A stretch of DNA of 64,000 bases from Stylophora pistillata (taxonomy: Eukaryota). Of this stretch, positions 29,001 through 39,100 are shown in pieces. The first letter of the stretch is position 1. Each line of letters starts with the position of its first letter. Position numbers and translations under genes: made by a program. Location: contig NW_019217983.1 of assembly GCF_002571385.2 (NCBI RefSeq), forward strand, positions 94,709-158,708, given 5' to 3'. The notes beneath the pieces are model-generated. The model searched no databases, had not been told where the DNA came from, and saw nothing but the letters and a program-made list of their open reading frames with translations.

Positions 29001-32000
29001 CACGGTGTTTCGTCGAGAGAGTCTCAGTTTGACTACTTGAGATGGCAGATCCGATGTACACGGGTGTTGAAGTAATGTTGTTGAATAGCGTTCTGTTGGA
29101 AGCAACAGACAGAAGATTTCCACTTGCCGTTAAAGATGGAAATTGCGTAAATCCAGTCGCACTTATCTCTAAAACATCTGAAAAACCAGTAATATTAATT
29201 TGCCTAGATGGACTTGACACAGCTTTTCTATGACTTGATGTTCCCATATATGTACTTGACGATCCAGATTTTGACAAAGATAGGGTTGCATGTTGACTCG
29301 TGTAGATGCTCATCACTTCTGCTCCGGATTTTGATGGAGAAACAAAGACACCAATTGACTGAGCAGTTGATGATGAATAGTCAACAGAGATGTTTTGAGA
29401 AAATGCAGTGACAGTTCGAGTGCAGGTGGAGTTTCCAGAAGGAAGTGACGAGGCTGCAGTGGGTAGAACAGCCTGTGACTCTACTGAACTTGTAAAATTG
29501 ATTCCTACCATCTTTGTCATACTCACACTGGCAACCGGCAAGGTGGAACTGACTGATGGTGTTCGTGAACTTGTTCCAAGAGTTTTGTTTGATGAAGCTC
29601 CAATGAAAGTCTCAGAGGACATAGCAATGCTTTTATCCTTCAAGGTACTATTGGGCGTAGCCACAGTCACTACAGATGGTGATGTCAAGCTGACTGTGTT
29701 TGCAATTTTTCCAAGGGTAGAAGTGGGTATAGCACCCGTGTCTGAAGGAGAGGCTTCACTTGTCAACTTTGTTGAAGTTCTCTCAGTGCTTTTTGTGGTC
29801 ATTCCCACTAACCTTGTTGTGGTTATTACTTTATCAGTAGAAACAGATGCCTGGCTCTGTGCCTGGGTTGTCATGGCAGACTAATGTGTCAATGTCACTG
29901 TTGGCAGTCTTGACTGCATCTTGGATGCACTACCTATCTCCAGTGTAATTTTTGGGGTTGTTGGCGTTGATGAAGCCGCAGTGTGATTAGCTGTTGCCAC
30001 AGGCAAGGCAGTCTTTTCCACCACATAATATATGTAACAAGGGGTGGCATAGGAGGTGACCACAAACTCATCCTTTGAAGATGACTTCTTTGGAGATACA
30101 GGTGTTGTGGAAAAAGTTGAAGTGTTATACGGAACAATCATTGAAGATTGGACTGTGGTATCTTTTGAAGCTACTAAACTTGATGCAGATCCACTTGTAC
30201 TAGACAGTAAACCTAATGATGAGTGGCTTGTGGTATTTTTGGACAAAACAGGGCTTGATCTTTCATCTTGCACTCTTGACAATGATAGGTTGCCTTCAAG
30301 GACCACAGAACTTGGCAGCATAGGTACAATTTGTACCATACTACTTCTAGACGACATAAGCATTAATGTTGGCTTAAAACCGCTTGAAGGTGACATAACC
30401 AATGTATTAGAAACAGACTGGTTGACAGCAGGTAATTTTGAGCTTAACACAGTTGCAGTTTGCTGAGTAGACTTCAAACCCACACTTTGGGTTTGGATGG
30501 TTGCAGTTATTGTTGCATTTGAAGTTGGAAAAGTTGTTGCAAGTGTAGCATTTACTACATGAACACTGGATTTCACTGATTCCTTGACAACGGTGCCATG
30601 TTCTGTAGCAGTTGCAGATTGCTGTGAGGCATTAAACACCATACTTCTGTTTTGGATGGTTGGAGATGTCAGAGTTGAGACAGATGTTAATGTAGTATTT
30701 ACTACATGGATACTGGATTTCACAGATTCCATGAAAGGAGTTCCATATATGGTAGCTGTCACTGTTTCATCAGTGTCATTAGTACTAGCAACATCAATTT
30801 TCAAAACAGACTTTGAAGTCATTAATCCCACAGAGGCTACAACTGACAATGTTCTGTTTGGTCCTATTGCAGGTGGACTAGACAAAACCATATGAGAGCT
30901 TGGCTCCAGATGAAGAGTTGTTGATTCTCTAATTGACTGATTAGGCAGTCCTCTTGAAGAATTATATGTAGTGACGGTATGAGATAACTGGTTTTCACTA
31001 GGTATTACTTTTGATATAGATGATGATATCTGTGGCAATAATGATGTCCCAGCTGAAGAAATATCATCCGATGGGTTTGCTACAGAAGAAACAGCAATGG
31101 TATCATAAGATATATTTGACAATCTAGATGTTTGTAGCAGATGAGATGGGGAACTAGGTGTCACTTTTGTTTCACTTATATCAGTAAAAATTACTGCACT
31201 TGAACCAGTTACAGATGGAGTCCTGTAAGAATTATTTGGACCAATTATAGTCCTAACAGCTCCAATACCAGTGTAATTAACACTGATACTTTTATAACTC
31301 TGTAAAGTAAGAGTTTCTGTCCTTAAGATATTGCTGGCAAGTGAAGTTGATGTTGCACTGCAAGGCAGTTAACTATGGTCGCCTACAACTGTCACATCAA
31401 ATTAAAGTCACTCACATCAAATTAAAATCACTCGCATCAAATTAAAATCACACATGAAAATAAGATCACTCACATCAAAATAAAGTTACATTAAATTGAA
31501 ATCACTCACATCAAATACAAATCGCTCACATCAAATACAAATCCCTCACATCAAATTCAAATCCCTCGCATCAAATTCAAATCGCTCACATCAAATTCAA
31601 ATCGCTCACATCAGATACAAATCGTTACATCAATTGGTCAGTGGCTAAGTCAATGAATGCTATCCCCAATGTTTACTCGGTCTTCCACTTTACCGCCATT
31701 TTGTACAATCCGTTTTGTACAATCGTTCTTTGACTTGACACTAGTTCACTGATCAGAATTCTAGCAAATATGTATTGCACTAATTGTGGGAGCGATGTTG
31801 AAAACTGCAAATTCTGCAGAACCTGTGGCAAAGGTAAGAGAAATGTTGCACATATTTTATGTTCTACATGTATATTATGGACGATCGGTGAGATCCAGTG
31901 TTGCTTATTTCGGCTCAACATCGACTTGCACATGTGAAAGTGGGATTTCGGGAAAAGAACAATCGTACAAAATGACAGTAAAGTGGAAGACCGAGTAAAC

Positions 32001-35000
32001 ATTGGGGATAGCATTCACTGACTTAGCCGCTGACCAATAGATGCAACGATTTGTATTTGATGTGAGCAATTTGTATTTGATGTGAGCAATTTGTATTTGA
32101 TGTGAGCGATTTGTATTTGATGTGAGTGATTTGTATTTGATGTGAGTGATTTGTATTTGATGTGAGCAATTTGAATTTGATGTGAGTAACTTTATTTTGA
32201 TATGAGTGATCTTAATTTGATGTGAGTGATTTTAATTTGATGTGACAGTTGTAGGCCACCATAGTTCACCATGTGTTGTTGCATTATATGCTGTAAAAAA
32301 AAAAAAAAAATGGAGAGGGGTCATTATGATATATAAATTCCAGCATTAATTTGATGTGACAGTTGTAGGCCACCATAGTTCACCATGTGTTATTGCATTA
32401 TATGCTGTAAAAAAAAAAAAAAAATGGAGAGGGGTCATTATGATATATAAATTCCAGCATGAAATAACCCTAATTGTTAAATAAACATATCAACTATTAA
32501 GCTCTCCATAAACTCTCCCACAATGCCCTTTATTAAAATGCAAAGAAACAATTCAAGACCCTGCAATTACACAGCCAGCCCCACTTTCTAGAAAATATAA
32601 TTTCCTGTACATCAATAGTGAAAGACAATAGGATGGAGCCTTATCTACAACATTTCAGTAATGAATTTTGATAGAATTTTCAAGCTCAATCTAATGATGT
32701 GGTAAAATTTTTCATCCCTTTGCTATGTCANNNNNNNNNNNNNNNNNNNNNNNNNNNNNNNNNNNNNNNNNNNNNNNNNNNNNNNNNNNNNNNNNNNNNN
32801 NNNNNNNNNNNNNNNNNNNNNNNNNNNNNNNNNNNNNNNNNNNNNNNNNNNNNNNNNNNNNNNNNNNNNNNNNNNNNNNNNNNNNNNNNNNNNNNNNNNN
32901 NNNNNNNNNNNNNNNNNNNNNNNNNNNNNNNNNNNNNNNNNNNNNNNNNNNNNNNNNNNNNNNNNNNNNNNNNNNNNNNNNNNNNNNNNNNNNNNNNNNN
33001 NNNNNNNNNNNNNNNNNNNNNNNNNNNNNNNNNNNNNNNNNNNNNNNNNNNNNNNNNNNNNNNNNNNNNNNNNNNNNNNNNNNNNNNNNNNNNNNNNNNN
33101 NNNNNNNNNNNNNNNNAAAAAAAAAAAAAAATGGAGAGGGGTCATTATGATATATAAATTCCAGCATGAAATAACCCTAATTGTTAAATAAACATATCAA
33201 CTATTAAGCTCTCCATAAACTCTCCCACAATGCCCTTTATTAAAATGCAAAGAAACAATTCAAGACCCTGCAATTACACAGCCAGCCCCACTTTCTAGAA
33301 AATATAATTTCTTGTACATCAACAGTGAAAGACAATAGGATGGAGCCTTATCTACAACATTTCAGTAATGAATTTTGATAGAATTTTCAAGCTCAATCTA
33401 ATGATGTGGTAAAATTTTTCATCCCTTTGCTAACAGTTTGTAACTTTAAATCAAATCGCTAGAAGCCGACTGGGTTGTAACTAACTGTGATACTGATTTG
33501 AAAACTGCTTAATTGGGTTGATCCTAAAAACAGGTGTTTTTACTAAACAATGTGAAGAAATATGTTTCATTTTGCAAACACCGTATTGATAAACGCATAC
33601 ACAACTACTTTAAACTTATCTGAGCTGCTTTTGAAATTAAGACAAATTTTACACACCCAAAATTTTAATAACACTAGAGATACCATGTAATTTACAATAG
33701 ATTTGCATCATATATCTCAAATGTACATCTTGAGTATCTGTACATGACAAGAGAGTCACGAAAAAATTATTTGCTGACGAATATGATATCAGTTCTTACA
33801 AAATTTGAACAAGTAAATAGTTTTTCACATCTCAGTTTTGAATTTCATTAGAAAGATTAAAATTTGAGTGGAAAATAAAGAGAGGAAAAAAGCTGTCTTT
33901 GGAACTTCATTCATCTAGAAAATCCTTAATAAGACGATCACGGTTCAAAAAAAGGAAAATTTCAATATTTGTATTGTTTCAGTTATATAACTCACAACAT
34001 TGTGCACCCCACTATATAAACTACAAGTTTATTTTTTCTTTGACTTGCTTGACCCAAAATCACAAGGATCGAGGTTTACCTCATCTCCATTGGGCATATA
34101 ATGAATGTGCGTTTAAAACCTAGATGTCATATGGTTCGAAGTATCTCGAACGAAGTGCCAAACACTCGATCGGCAGACTCGATAGACCCAAGTATCTTTA
34201 AAATGGTTTATAAATTGAAGAACTTTATCAAAACATAGGTAGCTTTGATCGCAGAGTTCTTGCAGCCCGATTTAAGTTCAGAGACTACAAAGCTTAAACA
34301 ATGATAACGGGAATAAAATAAAACAGAAATTTTAAGTAACAAAATTATGACGGAAAATTTGTATTTTCAAGACCGAAATTTGACAGGCCTTTGGCACTTT
34401 AAAGTGCTCATTTCTAAGGGTATAATTAGTTGATAAAGAAGCACTACATGTAACTTTAAGTCTCTTTCAACTGCATATTTCAAGTCATGATTACAGTCTG
34501 TATATAAGCAACCTTGCCTCACACATCGCAATTAAAAATATTCGCTCGACAAGAGAGAGGAAACAGTGACGATTTTCTGAAGCCAGAAATTGACAATTTC
34601 TCCAATCTACTAAAGACACGAGTGCACGTAGTCTGAGGAATCACCGGTGTCATCATGTGGATTACTTCATAGAGAAACGATCTGGAAAAATCAACGATTT
34701 AGGCATACGAACATGCAAACCTTCAGTTATATTCACACGTCTAACAGCTGAAGGAAGGCACGCTTAGATACCTTGTTATAAATAAACCACGTACACACAA
34801 TATAAATCGCTCACTTACCCGAATTTGGTGATTTACTTGTGCTAGTAAATCCAGCAATTTTACTCGATGTAATATTTTGGATGCTTGGGTACAGAATACT
34901 CGTTGACATGCTTGGCAACACGCTTGAAACGAAGCCAGAGTTCGAACTAGCGGCGTACGACTTCGACGTTGCGAAAACTAGAACCAAGACAAAACTCATC

Positions 35001-35047
35001 CACAACGACCCCATTCGCATCCCGATATCATTCATAGACGGCCACAT
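17026..35047 (-). CDS. KIAA1549/UPF0606-like single-pass membrane protein with giant Ser/Thr mucin-like ectodomain and SEA-like repeats; disrupted in this assembly
   Basis: Exons (-): 34819-35047 (signal peptide, phase 1), 26410-32290 (giant; element at 31374-32263, TAG at 29881-29883), 25421-25570, 24619-24810, 24362-24508, 23921-24127, 23133-23291, 22594-22809 (TM WLIFVAVFCPIVLIIILLLICW), 21614-21816, 21006-21261, 20709-20870, 20133-20365, 19657-19789, 18935-19182, 18276-18542, 18058-18157, 17481-17549, 17026-17259. Phases are compatible once the insertion is removed. Cytoplasmic motifs ERQKNKQRLRERKR, RAQHDIDDAL, RRRMHAMLDDAFSL and LIKSIKDELFRLSQ match my recollection of KIAA1549-family motifs. 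The protein ends in ITEL, a PDZ-type ligand. Confidence 0.8.
22388..22551 (-). mobile_element. tRNA-derived SINE
   Basis: On the - strand, A box GGTTAGCTCAATGG and B box GGTTCGAACCC are followed by a non-tRNA body (GGCCGGACCAACACTCAAGGTCTTAAAATAA...). Confidence 0.8.
23590..23856 (-). mobile_element. Degenerate SINE; same family as the fragment at about 63280-63560
   Basis: The GAAGCGAC...ATGGGA.GCT.GTC core is shared with 63285-63336, and there is a degenerate B box (TTGACCCC) near 23808. Confidence 0.45.
26296..26357 (-). mobile_element. Penelope-like/retrozyme relic with degenerate hammerhead ribozyme
   Basis: The - strand reads CTGACGA-AGAGCTGACGCTC-GGAA-TGTC (GAAA changed to GGAA), followed by GGTGGCCAATTTA as in the copy at 43102. 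Confidence 0.6.
31374..32263. mobile_element. Non-autonomous IS3EU-like DNA transposon (890 bp) inserted in a coding exon
   Basis: Termini TATGG...CCATA. TIRs of about 300-330 bp contain 20-bp subterminal repeats (ATCAAATACAAATCGCTCAC). The 6-bp TSD is GTTAAC (31368-31373) / GTTCAC (32264-32269). TAY...RTA ends with a 6-bp TSD are IS3EU features as I recall them. Confidence 0.75.
32731..33116. other. Assembly gap with duplicated flanks
   Basis: N-run. Sequence at about 32410-32724 recurs at 33117-33433, and 32232-32346 recurs at 32347-32460. Confidence 0.95.
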
Positions 35048-36146
35048 TACGACTGACTTCTTATTCTCTTCATCTGGATTGGTTTTACAACATGTGTTAC
35101 ATTTGTTCACTTAAAAAAGACGTTGTTTGCTCATAGCTGTTGTGAGACTGCATTACCATAAAACCATGACAACAAGCTGTCGATCGACTTCGACGACGCG
35201 TCGCTTAAATTAACTCACACTTATAAAATCATGTGATCATTCCGAGGTTTCTCTTTCTTCAAAAAGTTCTTTTATGAAATGGTCAGAACTGCTATCTGAA
35301 GTTACCAAACAGGGTTCAAGACTCTTAGAGTTTAGCCTAAGTGTCTGAAAATGTTCAGAAAATATTTGCAAAATAAATAATAACTGAATTCTCATGCAAC
35401 ACAGCTTGCGAAAATTATTGCGTGACAAAGCGATAAATCACTAAGCCTGTCTGGGAACGAACAGATAAATTCAATTTTTTTCTCCCTGTTACTATATCTA
35501 TTTATTGAACAAATTTATAATTCTAATCAAAACTTAACAAGTTGATTTACGGAAAGAAATATCGTCTTCCCCAGGCATCCATTTCTTGATAACAAAACGT
35601 ATAAGACTGAAAAAAATTAGAAAGCTTTAATTGTTTCGTGCCAGACATAATTCATGCTTATCTAGTAGGTTCCATTTACTGAACGAGTTCTCAGAAACAC
35701 TAGACAGGCTCTTGAGGCTTCTACGTTTAACTGATCACGCGTAACTAACTCCACAATAACAGGCACAATATAACTACACTTTCAAAAATGTTAATCTCCT
35801 TCACAGAGCTGAATAATAATACTTTTGTTTCACATCATCTCACGCGTCGGTCACGCAACGTATTAGGAATATTTCCACAGAACCACATCACGATCTTTCT
35901 TCAGCGAAAGAGTTAAAGTGAACAGGTGGCGTGACTAGACTTCATATATGAGCTGATTTACACCTGCTTCATCCAACATAAATGTTTACACAGATTTCTT
36001 ACGGCCCAAGTGCTTTGTGATCAGCATGGACACGACAACATTCAATCAACCACGATATCAATTTGATACAACATGTCCTCGGTTCGGTTGGATGGAAAGT
36101 CTTTGAGTACGAATCGACTGTACAGCCGGTGTACTGTGTCAATGTA

Positions 36147-39100
36147 ATGGAGATATTCAACCACATTAGGATTCCCCTTCCAGAAAGTTTTGAATCGCCA
36201 AGTCTAACGCGAGCGGGGAAATTTCAACGGGGCCTTCTAACGTCCGTGTTATGTATATTGCCAGTATTGCAGGGTGTCGCATGGCATCGAAACGGAAAAA
36301 GTGTATTTTCTGGATTTCGATGTGATGTAAGAGATGGAGATCTCGACGTGGACGAACAGAAAGACCTTACCTCTCGCCATGTCGAAGATTACAGTAATAA
36401 ATTCGGCGGTGTTTCACAGGGTATGTTTATAATCTTCATTCTACTGAGTCTTTCAATCATCCATCTATACATGTCCTACGTGTCGGAGAGATTTAATACT
36501 TGGTTCAAGCTTAGGACTCGTAAACAGCGTGGAAAAATCCTCGCCGAATTGAAAATATCGACAGCCGTTTTTAGGGCTCATGTCCTCCAACTGGCCACAA
36601 AGCTTGCGTCTTCCGCGATCTTCATTGTATACAACTGTCTCACGCACTCTATTGTTTTGCCTTTGCGAAAGGAGTACCAAATACAATGGACGCCCTCATC
36701 TCTCTTGAAGCGTAGCTCGATTTCTACTTCAATTATTTGTTACGCCGATCAAGCCTTCCTATCATCAATCTTTAATATCGCTTTGTTGACCTTTGTAACG
36801 TTTTGCGGTATACTGAATTTGACAGAGCTTATCTATACCTGGCGAGAGACACGAGCCTTCGAGCGAACATCTGACTATTATTTTTGCATGTTCCTATTGC
36901 GACACAATAGCGTGACCGAGGCTACTGCTATGCAGATAGAGAAAGAATTGTTTTTAGAAGAACAAAGGAATAAAATACTCCGGGGGAAGAGACCTGAAAA
37001 CCGACATCCGCTTATCAAATCTTGGAGTTCGTTAGTGCACAGTATTCCTCGCAAGATTTTCATTTCACAGCAGAAACTGAAATTCAAAGGAATCAAGAAG
37101 CAGAAACAGAAGCAAGAATTGTTTAGGACCTTCAGCAGAACCAAAAAAATTCCCGTGACTTCTCTACTGGATTTATTAAAGCCTGGTAGAGACGCACAAA
37201 ATCCGAAAAGAATCCTCTTAACAGGGCCACCGGGTATTGGCAAAACTGAACTTGTTGCTCAGATTGTCGAAGAATTCAACGCTGTCGAAAGCGGACTGTG
37301 TAATCTTAATTTTGTTTTCGTTTTCAATTTCAAGGAGCTCAATCTAGTTAATGAATGGATCACTTTACAAGCGTTTCTAAATCTTTCCCGTTTTAATTCT
37401 GATATTAGTGACGTTGTTTATCGACAAATTGTAGGAAATCCGGAGGAAGTCCTCTTTATCTTCGATGGCCTCAATGAGTGGTCTCTGAGGTCTAAGGTGG
37501 AGTACTCATCTGGCACGGACGAAAACGGATTAGTGATGTCTTCAGCTTCTCTTGCCTTGAAACTTATTTCTGGTGAGCTTTTATCTGGATCAACTATCAT
37601 TGTAACTTCGCGGCCAACGTCCTCACTTTCAGAGATTGGCGAGATGGTGACATTCGATAGACGTGCTGAGCTTGCCTGTTTCAAGCCTGAAGATTTAAAC
37701 ACTTGCATCCAAGCGTTTTTCCAGAACAACGAAGAACTCTGCACTTTTGTCAAAAAGCGCATCTTCAGTGACAACACTCTGGAAGTTGCTTGTCGTTTAC
37801 CTCAAAACTGCCGCCTGTTCTGTCTGTATGTTGACTTCTTGGCTTCAAAGAGAACGATTAAGGAGATCGACTCACTCAAACTACCTACCACAACAACCGA
37901 ATTGTTCGAGAGAATGATTGACACCGTAACTACGGTGGAATCGGATGAAAGTAACCACAAGATATTCCCATCGGGTCATTATGACTTTTCAAAGGACTCT
38001 CAAGAAGTCTTAGAAAAACTATCATGTCTTGCATTGGAAGGAATAACCAACGAAAGGTACGTCTTCAGAAAGGAAGATTTCGCCCAGGTTGAACTGAGTG
38101 CTTTTGAGGTGGAAATTCTTGAGGAAGCCGGCTTGTTATGTCGCTTACGAGGCGTTAAGCCGAACATGTACTGTTTCAGTTGTCTGTCCCTCCAAGAGTA
38201 CTTTGCTGCCAGCAGAATTGTTCAATCCAGCACTACGGGCGATTTCCGTGATTTTCTGGAAAAGGCAAACGAGAACCAATGTGCAACACTGCAGTTTGTT
38301 GCTGGGTTGTGCAAAGATGGACAAAAAGGAAAGAGTACTTTTGTGTGCTTGATGCAACATTTAACCCAATCGATTAAACTTAACAATCATTTCGTCGATG
38401 AACCAGTGGTTGATAACCAAGCCATTGCTTTCCTTTGTAAATGCATCTACGAGAACCCGACAAAACTGGGCCATCCTTTTGCTAAAGAGGCGACATCTTC
38501 CATATCACCGTCAAAGCCGATTGTCTTCACAGAGATGGGCACAAACCCGCTGGAGATACAGGCTATTCTATTTTGCTTAAGAGAGGCCAATGGTTGCAAT
38601 GCCAAGAAAGTAATTTTTGAGAGCAATTCCATGGAAGATGCCGGATTTCGTCAAGTGGCCGCATCCATCTGCCAGAAATCCTGCAAGATGGACCAAGTGA
38701 GTTTGACAAATTCTGGTGTTACCGATGGTGCTATGTTGTCCTTTCTGGAAAGTACAGCAAGCCAGTCATTCCTTGGAATTAGGATTCTTGGCTTGAGAGG
38801 CAATGACATATCCAGTGAAGGAGCAAAATATCTTGCCTGCGTGCTTTTCAACGATTGGTGCCCATTGGAAGAGCTTCACCTTGGCAACAACAGAATCGGT
38901 GACCTGGGAGTGGAGTATTTCAGTGAAGCCCTTTGCTGTGGAAGTAGCAAAATCCACACCTTAGATTTGAGTTCCAATGGAATAACCCACAATGGTGCTT
39001 TTCATTTAAGCAGAGCTCTTAGTAGTCCCATTTGTAACGTGAAACGTCTTTACCTTCAGCAAAACAGAATCCTTGACTTCGGAATGCAAGACCTCTGCGA

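Noticed and set aside
29881-29883. Selenocysteine or pyrrolysine recoding
   Set aside because: The codon is TAG, not TGA; no SECIS was seen; pyrrolysine is not used in animals.
26357-30895. Several + strand ORFs of 100-160 aa
   Set aside because: Antisense shadows of the Ser/Thr-rich exon, with no recognisable motifs.
31385-31632. 20-bp periodic repeats resembling a CRISPR array
   Set aside because: The repeats are contiguous with no unique spacers, are mirrored at 32040-32250 as transposon subterminal repeats, and lie in a eukaryotic context with no cas genes.
31368-32269. Element acting as a self-removing introner
   Set aside because: Use of its terminal AG leaves a frameshift or an in-frame TAA, and no compatible donor-acceptor pair at the ends restores the frame.
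32699-33167. ORFs spanning poly-X
   Set aside because: Artefacts of the N gap.
36063-36146. N-terminal extension of the NLR from a TTG start
   Set aside because: A non-ATG start is unsupported in a eukaryote. The first in-frame ATG at 36147 gives a short N-terminus consistent with the connexin-like topology.
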